From an uncultured Clostridia bacterium (GTDB lineage: Bacteria; Bacillota; Clostridia; Oscillospirales; JAAYOS01), in assembly GCA_944387575.1 (NCBI GenBank), contig CALXFK010000043.1, positions 3,892-67,891 on the forward strand: a DNA stretch of 64,000 bases, read 5' to 3'. Below the pieces are notes generated by a model. It searched no databases, had not been told where the DNA came from, and saw nothing but the letters and a program-made list of their open reading frames with translations. The translations under genes were made by a program, and so were the position numbers. How positions within the stretch are numbered: the first letter of the stretch is position 1; every line of letters starts with the position of its first letter. Below, one piece after another: positions 1 through 9,170 of this stretch.

Positions 1-288
1 ATGCTGTATCAAGACGATGACGCGGACGCCCTTCTCGAGTTCTATAACCAGATAGTGGACGAGATGCTCGAGCTGTACGGTCTCCCGCGCCTGGTGCCTG
101 TTGGCGGCGTTGAGCAGCGGGACGGAAGCACTATGCAGTGGGTCGCATGGGAGAACTACGGCGTTGCCCCGTCCGACGCAGATGCGGGGATGTCGCTGGA
201 TGAAGTTGGAAACCAGACGAATGCAGCCGTACGCATAATGGAGTACCAGGACGCCGGCGACTGCGTAGTCGTAATGATTTCGGACTGA
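1..288 (+). CDS. hypothetical protein, 3' end only (gene starts upstream of window)
   Basis: Open frame runs from the window edge to a stop at 288 and is followed by a terminator. I recognise no family signature. Confidence 0.4.
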   Translation: MLYQDDDADALLEFYNQIVDEMLELYGLPRLVPVGGVEQRDGSTMQWVAWENYGVAPSDADAGMSLDEVGNQTNAAVRIMEYQDAGDCVVVMISD

Positions 289-322
289 CGAGGTAGGCGC
301 CGCATGAATAAACACTAAACGC

Positions 323-357
323 GCGCGAGGAGGGGTTCATCCCCTCCTCGCGTTTTC
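323..357 (+). terminator. rho-independent terminator
   Basis: GC-rich hairpin cgcgaggagggg / loop ttca / cccctcctcgcg, followed by tttt. Confidence 0.6.
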
Positions 358-454
358 AGCACAATTACAAAGCGGCGGCGCTTTCCGCAGTCCATCCGGA
401 CAGCGTTTTCGGAAAATAGAAAATCGCTGCGGACACTATGTATCCGCAGCGACG

Positions 455-531
455 TGGCGCGCTTGAAGGGACTCGAACCCCTGACCTACTGGTTCGTAGC
501 CAGTCACTCTATCCAGCTGAGCTACAAGCGC
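455..531 (-). tRNA. tRNA-Arg (anticodon ACG)
   Basis: Reverse complement reads GCGCTTGTAGCTCAGCTGGATAGAGT...CTGGCTACGAACCAG...GGTTCGAGTCCC...GCGCCA. It has a cloverleaf, the T-loop GGTTCGAGTCC and an encoded CCA. Confidence 0.9.
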
Positions 532-624
532 ATTGTGCTTCCCGCAAGCGTTTCCGCTTTCCGAACCGCTTTGTTATATTAGCACAGTGCGCTGGTAAAT
601 GCAAGCCTTTTTTCAAAAAATTTT

Positions 625-900
625 TTAAAACCACGAGTGCCGTTCCTTAGGCGGTCTCGGCTTGAAATTGAAGTCTACGAGGATTATGTCGTCGCCTATG
701 CGGCATATCGCGTCCCACGGTATCACATAGTCGTTGGCGCTGCTTCCGAAAAGCGAGATCCCTGCCTTTCCGGGTACGGTTATCGCGACCACCCTGCCCG
801 ACTCGGTCTCGATTGCCACGTCGGACACAAAGCCGAGCCGCGCGCCGTCCTTTACGTTTATGACCTCCTTGCAGCGAAGCTCAGCTATGCGGCATTCCAT
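625..900 (-). CDS. ylmC: YlmC/YmxH-family PRC-barrel sporulation protein
   Basis: MECRIAELRCKEVINVKDGARLGFVSDV...IPWDAI matches the YlmC/YmxH pattern. The ATG at 900 has a GAGGTGG RBS, so the first 5 residues of the ORF-track start are probably not translated. Confidence 0.75.
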   Translation of the reverse strand: MECRIAELRCKEVINVKDGARLGFVSDVAIETESGRVVAITVPGKAGISLFGSSANDYVIPWDAICRIGDDIILVDFNFKPRPPKERHSWF

Positions 901-939
901 CTTACCACCTCGCAAGATAATATGCGCAGCGCGCGCCGT

Positions 940-2151
940 CTATTCCTGTTTCTTCACATATGGCGTACTGCGCAGGTCCTCCCCCGCCCGCCGGAGCGCG
1001 GCATTCGGATACCCGAGCGCATAGAGGTCGCACGCGAGGCTCTCCGTCTCCGCGAGCCGAGCCGCAGCGGGACCGAGCTTCAGCGCGGCTGACGGCTTTG
1101 TCACGACCGGCAGCGACGCCGTTTTCCGCATACCGGCGAGAAGCCCGCGCCCCACCCGGTTCATCGCGAGCACGCGGATGTACTGCACGCCCGCCGCCGC
1201 GACCCGCTCCTCAATGCCGAGATACGCCGACATAACTATCCGCCGTATCCGCGCCATGCTGTACCGCCTTGTTTTGGCGGCGGCGCACACGTCCTCCACG
1301 CAGCCGGCTGAGCGCGCCGCCGCATACAGCCGCGCCTCCAGACCCTCGCTTATGTCGGGGAGTTTTGCGAAGTCGTCCGCCCGCATCCGCCGGAGCTGGG
1401 ACATAATCGCCTGTTCAAGCGAGCCGGCGCTCACCGCGCCCGCGCCGCGCCCGGTCTCCGCCGTGTACACCTCCCATGCGCCGCGCGGGACGAACCTCGC
1501 CGCGTCCCCGCCCTCCGCAAGCATCTTTCTCACCGCCGATGCGGACGCATCGCCGCCGCAAACCCCACCGTCGTGCCGCGCACCGGTTCGGAGCACGGTG
1601 AACGGCTGAATCGCGCAGTTCTGCTCACGCAGCGCGCGGATATACTCAAGCGCAAGAATATTGTTTGGCTGCGCGAGAAGCTCGGCGCACTCGCCGCCCG
1701 CGCTCCGCTTCGCCGCCTGAGTGCGCGCCGCCGCGTAGCCCATGCCGCATGAAAGCGCATCCCTCACCGCCTCGTCGAATCCGGGCGCGAGGAGCGCGTC
1801 TGCGGCGGCGCACAGCCTTTCGACGTCTCCGCACTCGCTTCCGAAGCTCAGCGCGTCCACCACACCGGTCGCCGCGAGAAGCCGCACGCTCTCGTCCGCA
1901 AACCGCTGCGCCCGGCTCATTGAAAACGGGGTTTGCAGCTCTATGACGAGATCCGCCCCGCCCTCGGCACGCACCGCAGCCTCCGCCCGCGCGAGCTTCG
2001 AAAACGCGGCGGGCTCTCCCCGCTGCACAAAATCCCCCGACATGCACACAACCACCGCGCAGTCGCCGAACGCCGCGCGGGTCGCCGCTATGTGGCGCAG
2101 GTGACCCAGGTGCAGCGGATTGTATTCGGCAACTATTCCAACGGCTCTCAC
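940..2151 (-). CDS. tmcAL: UPF0348/YlbM-type nucleotidyltransferase (tRNA(Met) cytidine acetate ligase TmcAL family)
   Basis: N-terminus GIVAEYNPLHLGHLRHI carries the HxGH nucleotidyltransferase motif. Length is about 400 aa, with a GTG start behind GAGGAA. Confidence 0.7.
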   Translation of the reverse strand: MRAVGIVAEYNPLHLGHLRHIAATRAAFGDCAVVVCMSGDFVQRGEPAAFSKLARAEAAVRAEGGADLVIELQTPFSMSRAQRFADESVRLLAATGVVDALSFGSECGDVERLCAAADALLAPGFDEAVRDALSCGMGYAAARTQAAKRSAGGECAELLAQPNNILALEYIRALREQNCAIQPFTVLRTGARHDGGVCGGDASASAVRKMLAEGGDAARFVPRGAWEVYTAETGRGAGAVSAGSLEQAIMSQLRRMRADDFAKLPDISEGLEARLYAAARSAGCVEDVCAAAKTRRYSMARIRRIVMSAYLGIEERVAAAGVQYIRVLAMNRVGRGLLAGMRKTASLPVVTKPSAALKLGPAAARLAETESLACDLYALGYPNAALRRAGEDLRSTPYVKKQE

Positions 2152-2222
2152 TTGCGGTTCCTCGCTTCCTGTCGATGCAGATAAAAAATGTGATATTAAC
2201 GGATAAAATGTTGTATTTTGGG

Positions 2223-2251
2223 TTGCACTAACGACCGACTTGTAGTAATAT
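2223..2251 (+). promoter_or_regulatory. candidate sigma-A promoter of ackA
   Basis: TTGCAC - 17 nt - TAATAT, about 60 nt upstream of the ackA start. Confidence 0.35.
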
Positions 2252-2310
2252 AATTAGATGTTGCTATTATATATGTAACTTCCGGAGATTGCAAGTCTGC
2301 GGACGAAAGG

Positions 2311-3510
2311 ATGGTTATTTTGAAAATACTGGTCATAAACGCCGGGAGCTCCTCGCTCAAGTATCAGCTCTTCGACACCGAACAGCACCTTGTGCTCGCA
2401 AAGGGTGTTTGTGAGCGCATCGGCATCGATGGCGGTCACATCAAGCACACCCCGACCGGAAAGCCCGCAATGGAGGAGGACAACGCGATGGCTACCCACG
2501 CGGACGCCATCCGCCGGGTAATCGAACTTCTCACCTCCACCGTCATAAGCTCGATGCACGAGATAGACGCAGTCGGTCACCGGGTGCTGCACGGCGGCGC
2601 CGAGTTCTCCGGTTCGGTTCTTGTCAACGACGACGTCAAGGCTGCCATACGCCGCTGCTTCCCGCTCGGACCGCTTCACAACCCCGCGAACCTCACCGGC
2701 ATCCTCGCGTGCGAAGAGGCGATGGGCAACATCCCGCAGGTCGCGGTGTTCGACACTGCGTTCCACCAGACCATGCCGGACTACGCATACATGTACGCTA
2801 TCCCGTACGAGTACTATGAGAAGTACAAGATCCGCCGCTACGGCTTCCACGGCACCTCTCACCGCTATGTCTCCGCAAAGGCGGCTGAGTTCCTCGGAAA
2901 AGACCCCTCCGAGCTCAAGATAATCACCTGCCACCTCGGCAACGGATCGTCAATATGCGCGGTCGACGGCGGAAAGTGCGTCGACACCTCGATGGGACTT
3001 ACGCCTCTTGAGGGGCTTCCGATGGGCACCCGCTCCGGTGTTCTCGACCCCGCCATTCTCGAGACGGTCATGAAAAACGAGAATATAACCGACATTTCCG
3101 ACATGCTCAACATCCTCAACAAGAAGTCGGGCGTGCTCGGCATCAGCGGCATCTCGAGCGACTTCCGAGACCTCATTGCCGCAAAGCAGGATGGCAACGA
3201 GCGCGCTGCGCTCGCGCTCAAGTGCTTCACCTATTCGATAAAGAAGTACATAGGCGCATACGCCGCCGCCATGGGCGGAGTTGACGCGGTCGTATTCACC
3301 GCCGGCGTTGGCGAGAACAATGCAACCCTCCGCGCCGAAGCGGTCGAGGGGCTCGAGTTCATGGGAATCGCCATAGACGAGGCGAAGAACAACACTCGCG
3401 GCACCGTCGACGTCACAGCTAACGGCGCAAAGGTGCGCACCCTTGTCATCCCGACCGACGAGGAGTTTGTCATCGCTTCGGACACCGAGGAGATAGTCCG
3501 CGCACTGTAA
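2311..3510 (+). CDS. ackA: acetate kinase
   Basis: ILVINAGSSSLKYQLF N-terminal motif, FHGTSHRYV, and a 399 aa length typical of AckA. Confidence 0.95.
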   Translation: MVILKILVINAGSSSLKYQLFDTEQHLVLAKGVCERIGIDGGHIKHTPTGKPAMEEDNAMATHADAIRRVIELLTSTVISSMHEIDAVGHRVLHGGAEFSGSVLVNDDVKAAIRRCFPLGPLHNPANLTGILACEEAMGNIPQVAVFDTAFHQTMPDYAYMYAIPYEYYEKYKIRRYGFHGTSHRYVSAKAAEFLGKDPSELKIITCHLGNGSSICAVDGGKCVDTSMGLTPLEGLPMGTRSGVLDPAILETVMKNENITDISDMLNILNKKSGVLGISGISSDFRDLIAAKQDGNERAALALKCFTYSIKKYIGAYAAAMGGVDAVVFTAGVGENNATLRAEAVEGLEFMGIAIDEAKNNTRGTVDVTANGAKVRTLVIPTDEEFVIASDTEEIVRAL

Positions 3511-3526
3511 GCAATCACGTTACAAC

Positions 3527-3561
3527 GCAAAACCCGGCGAGCTTTGCTCGCCGGGTTTTGC
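3527..3561. terminator. bidirectional intrinsic terminator between convergent genes
   Basis: Hairpin gcaaaacccggcgagc / tttg / ctcgccgggttttgc, with A/T runs built into both arms. Confidence 0.7.
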
Positions 3562-3577
3562 GTTGCTCGCCGGATTT

Positions 3578-4768
3578 TTACACAGCCACAACTTCAGAAC
3601 TGACGTTTTCGGACCAGCTCAACTGCTCAACGCAGCACCGTCCCCTGCCGTTCTCCTTTGCTCGGTACAGTATCCGGTCCGTTTCGGAATACAACTGATG
3701 ATATGTACATTTTGGCATATCACATATAGTGACACCGACGCTGCAGCCAACATTCACCGGTCTGTCCTCCCATGTGATCTCATCCATATACTTGACGAGA
3801 TCCTGGCGAAGTGCGTACGCCCGCTCCTCCGTTATAGCGTGGTTATAAATGACGGCAAATTCGTCGCCACCGACCCTACCCAGCATATCAGCATCCGAAA
3901 ACGCTCTTCGGATGGCTTCACTGGTCTCGGTCAGCACGTGGTCGCCACAGGGGTGACCATAGCTGTCATTGATCTTTTTGAACTCATCCATGTCCAGCAA
4001 AAAAAGAGTGATCCCGTTCGATTTCCCTGTTTGTATAACGCCTTCGAGTATCTGCTCAACGCGGTACTCCACCGCAGTCTTATTGAGCAGACCTGTCAGC
4101 GGATCCAATTGTACCAGCTCATGCAATCTTGCGTTCATTTGGAGTATCTGCTTCTGCTGTTTGAGCGTTATTGACGTGTGATGCGCATACGTCATCGACA
4201 CTGAAAATGCCACCACAAATGTGATAGTCATGTTCAGACGGTCTCCCCCGCTAAGCCTCGGCGCCATTATCAGCCAAAACAGCACATACCCGACTACAGA
4301 CTGTAGCACACAGTACCAGGGCGGCTGCTGGATAAACAGTGCCAGTGCAAGCAATGCGGTAGTAATCACGGCGACCCCTGCGTTCGGGTCACGATAAAGA
4401 TCATACGAGTTGAGACCCATATGCCACAAAAGCATCAAATCTGTAGCAGTATACTGTACTATCACCCGGATTTTCGGCGTTGCCCGTTTCAGCCAGACCT
4501 GCAATACCAGCCACAGCACCGCGACGGCTATAAGAGCGCAGTACATCGAAAAATAAATTCGGTTATTGAGCGTGGAAAGACCAGATGCCGACATGAACAG
4601 CACTCGGAAAATATTGAAAAGTTCTATCACAAAGATAATTATACAAATTATCCGCATCGAGAAATCATTCTTCTGTGCCGCTTCTTCCATAAACTCTTGA
4701 CGTATGTATTCGGGGATCTTAAGCCAATTCAAAACTTTACTTTCGAATAAATTTGTATTTTTAGTCAT
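3578..4768 (-). CDS. membrane-bound diguanylate cyclase (multi-TM N-terminus + GGDEF)
   Basis: Hydrophobic N-terminal half, then LDPLTGLLNK...FKKINDSYGHPCGD...GRVGGDEFAVIY with an intact GGDEF. The ATG at 4768 is the likely start. Confidence 0.8.
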   Translation of the reverse strand: MTKNTNLFESKVLNWLKIPEYIRQEFMEEAAQKNDFSMRIICIIIFVIELFNIFRVLFMSASGLSTLNNRIYFSMYCALIAVAVLWLVLQVWLKRATPKIRVIVQYTATDLMLLWHMGLNSYDLYRDPNAGVAVITTALLALALFIQQPPWYCVLQSVVGYVLFWLIMAPRLSGGDRLNMTITFVVAFSVSMTYAHHTSITLKQQKQILQMNARLHELVQLDPLTGLLNKTAVEYRVEQILEGVIQTGKSNGITLFLLDMDEFKKINDSYGHPCGDHVLTETSEAIRRAFSDADMLGRVGGDEFAVIYNHAITEERAYALRQDLVKYMDEITWEDRPVNVGCSVGVTICDMPKCTYHQLYSETDRILYRAKENGRGRCCVEQLSWSENVSSEVVAV

Positions 4769-5077
4769 AGCCGCCAATTCCTTTTCTGTATTGTAGACGT
4801 ATACAAATTCTAAAAATGTCATATTTCAGCCAAAACCAACACAGATCCCGGACTAAAGTTTAATGGGACCCGTCAGGTAAATGATATATCCATTTTAGCA
4901 CACATTTTTATCGAAAACTGACGTTGCGCTAAATTCGTATGACTTTGCACAGATTTTGCGTAGACGACTTCCTCGCCACGTGGTTACGTCGGTCGTGTCC
5001 ACGCAACCACATGGCGCGTACTCCGGACCTAGCATACAGTGTGAGGTCCGGCGAGCAAAGCCTGCCGGACCTCTTTA

Positions 5078-6430
5078 TCACATCAGAAATGCACGCGCAA
5101 GGCTGAAATAAATCAGCAGCGTGACTCCGTCCACTATAGTTGTTATCATCGGACCTGCCATAAGCGCCGGGTCGAGGTGTACCACCCTCGCGAATATCGG
5201 AAGCGTGCATCCGATAGCCTTTGCGAATATCACCGCGCACAGCATCGATACGCTCACGATAAGGAATGTTTCGTACCCTCCCTCCGACACAAGCATCATA
5301 CGTAAGAAGTTGACCGCCGCAAGTAGGGTTCCGCAGAGAAGCGCCACCCGAAGTTCCTTGAACAGCACCCGAAAATAGTCCCTGACACGTATCTCGCCCA
5401 GTGCAAGACCACGTATTATCAGCGTCGAAGTCTGGTTACCGGCGTTCCCTCCGGTGTCCATCAGCATAGGTATGCACGCCGTAAGACCCGCCACCGCCGC
5501 AAGCATATTTTCAAACCCGGTTATTATCTTTCCGGTGAATGTGGCAGAGACCATAAGTATCATCAACCACACTATCCTGTTTCTCGCAAGCGTGAACACG
5601 CCGGTCTTGAGGTATGTGTCCTCTGCCGGCTGAAGCAGCGCCATCTTTTCGAAGTCCTCGGTGTTCTCGTCCTCGATTATGTCAACTATATCGTCTATCG
5701 TGATTATTCCGACGAGCCGATTTTCCCTGTCCACGACCGGGACCGCAAGCAGGTCGTATTTACGCGCGATGTCGGCGACCGCCTCCTGATCCTCGAGCGT
5801 CCCGACGCTTATAACTTGCCGGTCATCGTCCATCAGGTCGCGCACCGGGCTTGAATCCTGCGCAAGCAGAAGTCTCCGCAGCGGAAGAACACCCTCGAGG
5901 TGGCGTTGGCTGTCGATGACGTAGCAGTTATAAATAGTCTCCTTGTCCACGCCGTGATGCCGTATAAATGAGATTGCGTCCCCCGCAGTGACGGTGTCGT
6001 GCAGCTCGACCATTTCGTTTGTCATGACGCTTCCCGCAGAGTTTTCGGGGTATTCAAGAAAACGGTTTATGTCCGCGCGCGTCTCCGGGCTTGCAACCGA
6101 GAGCACGCGGCGCACGATATTCGCCGGGACTTCCTCGAGGAAATCGACCGCGTCGTCGGTGTACATCTCCTCTACCAGATAGTGCAGCTCGCTTTCGCTT
6201 ATCGCCTGGACTATCTGCGTCTGCGACTCGGTGTCGAGATACGCAAACACCTCCGCCGCAATGTCCTTGGGCAGAATGCGGAATACCAGCAACACATGCC
6301 GGTCCTCTATTTCGGAGATGAACTCCGCAATATCAACAATGTTCAGCTCCACGAGCTCATCTTTCAGCTCTTTGAGCTTTCCCGCCTCTATCAGCTCTTC
6401 ATACCGCTCAAAAGCAAGCTTCTTTTCCAT
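5078..6430 (-). CDS. mgtE: magnesium transporter MgtE
   Basis: 450 aa. N-domain plus tandem CBS region (LAVPVVD...LVGIITIDDIVD) plus a C-terminal TM domain (PMLMDTGGNAGNQ). Confidence 0.95.
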   Translation of the reverse strand: MEKKLAFERYEELIEAGKLKELKDELVELNIVDIAEFISEIEDRHVLLVFRILPKDIAAEVFAYLDTESQTQIVQAISESELHYLVEEMYTDDAVDFLEEVPANIVRRVLSVASPETRADINRFLEYPENSAGSVMTNEMVELHDTVTAGDAISFIRHHGVDKETIYNCYVIDSQRHLEGVLPLRRLLLAQDSSPVRDLMDDDRQVISVGTLEDQEAVADIARKYDLLAVPVVDRENRLVGIITIDDIVDIIEDENTEDFEKMALLQPAEDTYLKTGVFTLARNRIVWLMILMVSATFTGKIITGFENMLAAVAGLTACIPMLMDTGGNAGNQTSTLIIRGLALGEIRVRDYFRVLFKELRVALLCGTLLAAVNFLRMMLVSEGGYETFLIVSVSMLCAVIFAKAIGCTLPIFARVVHLDPALMAGPMITTIVDGVTLLIYFSLARAFLM

Positions 6431-6460
6431 GCCGCACCTCCTGAAATTTCCGGGGACATG

Positions 6461-6490
6461 AAAAAAGGCGCACGCAGACGCCGCGCACCC
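6461..6490 (-). terminator. leader (attenuator) terminator immediately upstream of the mgtE RBS
   Basis: Minus-strand RNA reads GGUGCGCG-GCGUCUG-CGUGCGCC followed by UUUUUU. It lies about 25 nt before the AGGAGG RBS of mgtE. Confidence 0.65.
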
Positions 6491-6730
6491 GTTGCCTCAC
6501 AGGAGCGCCGCGCTTTGCGCTGCACCCGATGTTATCGCCGCAGGAGCGGACCTCCACCAGCACGAACCGCCGGCTTACAATCCGATTGCAGCCAGCTTAT
6601 CCGCACAGTGAACCCTCTTCAGTTGTCCCGCCAATAGTATGACAGCGTGTCCCTGATTCGTATGCTTTCCAACGCTCGATCTACTGTCGCCCGATTCCAA
6701 AGAAGATTCACCACCCGTCAAACTGATTTG
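6461..6730 (-). promoter_or_regulatory. long structured mgtE 5' leader; candidate M-box (ykoK) Mg2+ riboswitch
   Basis: About 300 nt leader between the predicted promoter and mgtE, ending in a terminator. Partial resemblance to M-box core strings: GGGACAACUG vs GGGUCAACAG, GUGC..GCAAAGC vs GUGCxAAAGC, GUAAGCC vs UUAAGGC. Not confirmable by eye. Confidence 0.4.
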
Positions 6731-6761
6731 CGCTTTGCTGCGCATATTCTGAACCGTTTAC

Positions 6762-6790
6762 AGCATACTCCCCCCACGCCTCATAGTCAA
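6762..6790 (-). promoter_or_regulatory. candidate sigma-A promoter of the mgtE leader
   Basis: Minus strand reads TTGACT - 17 nt - TATGCT. Confidence 0.45.
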
Positions 6791-6924
6791 GTCGGCAAGC
6801 TAACCAATTTATCCGGAAATCATGCCTGCCAAACGGCATTTTCCACGCTGGACATGAAGTTCCGAATTTGTTATACTGTAATTTATAATTGGTTTTGTGA
6901 GGAAAAGTTTGGGAGGGGTAGTAT

Positions 6925-8412
6925 ATGACGTCGCGCATAGGGTTTGATAATGCTAAATATTTGAAATTGCAGTCCGAACACATAAAGGAACGAATACAGC
7001 ATTTCGGAGGAAAGCTGTACCTCGAATTCGGAGGAAAACTGTTTGACGATTTTCATGCCTCCCGTGTGCTTCCGGGATTCATCCCGGACAGCAAGATACG
7101 CATGCTTCTCCAGCTTCGTGAGCAGGCGGAGATAGTCGTTGCAGTAAATGCAGATGACATCGAGAAGAGCAAGGTCCGCGGTGACCTCGGAATTACATAC
7201 GACGCGGACACGCTCCGGCTTATCGATGCATTCCGGAATTTCGACCTGTATGTCGGAAGCGTGGTTCTCACACAGTTTGCCGGGCAGACTGCCGCCGCCG
7301 CATTCCAGCGCCGGCTCGAGGCTCTCGGTATCAAGGTCTACCGCCACTATGTAATAGAAGGGTATCCGTATGATGTTGCGCACATAGTGAGCGACGAGGG
7401 GTATGGGCTCAACGAGTATATAGAGACGACCCGTCCGCTCATCGTGGTCACCGCACCCGGACCGGGCAGCGGAAAGATGGCAACCTGCCTCTCGCAGCTC
7501 TATCACGAGCATCTGCGTGGGATTTCGGCGGGATATGCGAAATACGAGACCTTCCCCATCTGGAACATCCCGCTGCGGCATCCGGTCAACCTCGCATACG
7601 AGGCAGCGACTGCCGACCTCAATGACATAAATATGATCGACCCGTTCCATCTCGAGGCATATGGAAAGACTGCGGTCAATTACAACAGAGACGTTGAGAT
7701 ATTCCCAGTCCTCAAAACGATATTCGAGCGGATACTCGGCGAATGTCCTTACAAATCGCCGACCGACATGGGTGTAAACATGGCGGGATATGCGATAGTT
7801 GACGACGAGGTGTGCAGCCAAGCCGCCAAAGGTGAGATAATCCGCCGCTACTACAAGGAAATGTGCCGCCAGCGCCGTGGTCTTTCTAACGGCAGCGAGG
7901 TGGACAAGATAGAGATACTCATGAAGGAGCTGAACCTCTCAGCGGCTGACCGCCCGGTGGTCGGTGCGGCGCTCGCGGTCGCGGAACGGACAGGTCAGCC
8001 CGCAGCCGCAATCGAGCTCACCGATGGCAGAGTGCTTACCGGAAAGACGTCGACGCTGCTCGGTGCGTCCTCTGCAATGCTTCTTAACGCGCTCAAGGAG
8101 CTCGCCGGTATTCCTGACGAGGTCAACCTTATTACCCCGGAAATAATCGGACCGGTCCAGGAACTGAAGGTGAGCTATCTCGGCGGTCACAATCCCCGCC
8201 TCCACACCGACGAGGTGCTGGTGGCACTCTCCATAACCGCCGCCACCGAGACGTATGCCCGCCGCGCGATGGCACAGCTCAAAAACCTGCGCGACTGCGA
8301 AGTACACTCCACCGTCATACTTTCCGAGGTCGACGAGAACACATTCCGCAAACTCGGCGTGAACCTCACCTGCGAGCCGCGCTACCAGACAAAAAAACTG
8401 TACCACAAGTAA
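6925..8412 (+). CDS. DUF1846 (UPF0371) family protein
   Basis: N-terminus [20 protein letters not shown]...[18 protein letters not shown] is characteristic of DUF1846. 495 aa, with a GGAGGGG RBS. Confidence 0.85.
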   Translation: MTSRIGFDNAKYLKLQSEHIKERIQHFGGKLYLEFGGKLFDDFHASRVLPGFIPDSKIRMLLQLREQAEIVVAVNADDIEKSKVRGDLGITYDADTLRLIDAFRNFDLYVGSVVLTQFAGQTAAAAFQRRLEALGIKVYRHYVIEGYPYDVAHIVSDEGYGLNEYIETTRPLIVVTAPGPGSGKMATCLSQLYHEHLRGISAGYAKYETFPIWNIPLRHPVNLAYEAATADLNDINMIDPFHLEAYGKTAVNYNRDVEIFPVLKTIFERILGECPYKSPTDMGVNMAGYAIVDDEVCSQAAKGEIIRRYYKEMCRQRRGLSNGSEVDKIEILMKELNLSAADRPVVGAALAVAERTGQPAAAIELTDGRVLTGKTSTLLGASSAMLLNALKELAGIPDEVNLITPEIIGPVQELKVSYLGGHNPRLHTDEVLVALSITAATETYARRAMAQLKNLRDCEVHSTVILSEVDENTFRKLGVNLTCEPRYQTKKLYHK

Positions 8413-8420
8413 ACGAACTA

Positions 8421-8448
8421 AAGCGCCACCGGTTTCCCGGTGGCGCTT
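8421..8448. terminator. bidirectional intrinsic terminator
   Basis: Perfect 12-bp hairpin aagcgccaccgg / tttc / ccggtggcgctt between convergent genes. Confidence 0.7.
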
Positions 8449-8459
8449 GAATTTACAAT

Positions 8460-9107
8460 TTAAAACTGTGCAGTCTCGGAACTGCGAACGGCGGCAAGAA
8501 ACTCTGGCGGCGCTTCCGTAAATTTTATTCTTGCGTACGCCTCGGGCTCCATCTTCTCGCGCAAATATGACAGTGCACGCCGCAGGTCGTTGCTTCTGTA
8601 CCCGACCGCTTCGTCGGTGAGAAACTTGAATCCGAAATCACTGTACAGCTTTATGGCACGGTAACTCCCCGGCTGGGTGTGCAGATACACCGGGTAATCC
8701 CCCTCCGAAATCAAACCCATTACGTAGGACAGGAGCGCGCGTCCAAGCCCCCGCCCCTCCAGTTCCTTTCGCACCTTAAACCAGTGTATCGTGGTCACGC
8801 TGTCATATGCTCTCCACGCAAAGCAGGTTCCGACCGGTCGGTCCTCCCGGTCACAGATAAACAGGCACCTATCCCAGAACTCGGCTTCCCTCTCCCGATA
8901 GACGTTCTCGAAATACAGCTCCATGTATGAGCGGTACTTCCGCCTGTCCTCCTCGTTGTCAAACGGGAAACGGTACCACAGCTCAAGCTCGTCCGGTCGA
9001 CAATTGCGTATTGCGTAACCGTCCGGTATACCAGCCAGCGCAGCTCGCTCGAGCCGCGCACACATCATAAACAGGTTACAGTCCTCCACCCTGTCCACCA
9101 TTCCCAT
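8460..9107 (-). CDS. GNAT-family N-acetyltransferase
   Basis: VRKELEGRGLGRALLSYVM is an acetyl-CoA-binding R/Q-x-x-G-x-G/A motif. Size is about 215 aa. Confidence 0.7.
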   Translation of the reverse strand: MGMVDRVEDCNLFMMCARLERAALAGIPDGYAIRNCRPDELELWYRFPFDNEEDRRKYRSYMELYFENVYREREAEFWDRCLFICDREDRPVGTCFAWRAYDSVTTIHWFKVRKELEGRGLGRALLSYVMGLISEGDYPVYLHTQPGSYRAIKLYSDFGFKFLTDEAVGYRSNDLRRALSYLREKMEPEAYARIKFTEAPPEFLAAVRSSETAQF

Positions 9108-9133
9108 ATTCTCCTCACCCCCAAAATCAACTT

Positions 9134-9168
9134 CGCCGCCCCCGCTATACGTAGGGGCGGCGTTTTTT
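9134..9168. terminator. intrinsic terminator hairpin downstream of the LTA-synthase-like gene
   Basis: Hairpin cgccgcccc / loop / ggggcggcg flanked by A- and T-runs. Confidence 0.55.
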
Positions 9169-9170
9169 CA

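Noticed and set aside
5041-5075. 10-bp hairpin (gaggtccggc...gccggacctc) just downstream of mgtE
   Set aside because: It is probably the mgtE terminator, but the U-tract is on the wrong side for the minus strand. I left it uncalled because orientation and function are ambiguous.
6883-7821. 312-aa ORF on the minus strand
   Set aside because: It lies entirely antisense to the well-supported DUF1846 gene and has no SD or family signature. This is a typical high-GC shadow ORF.
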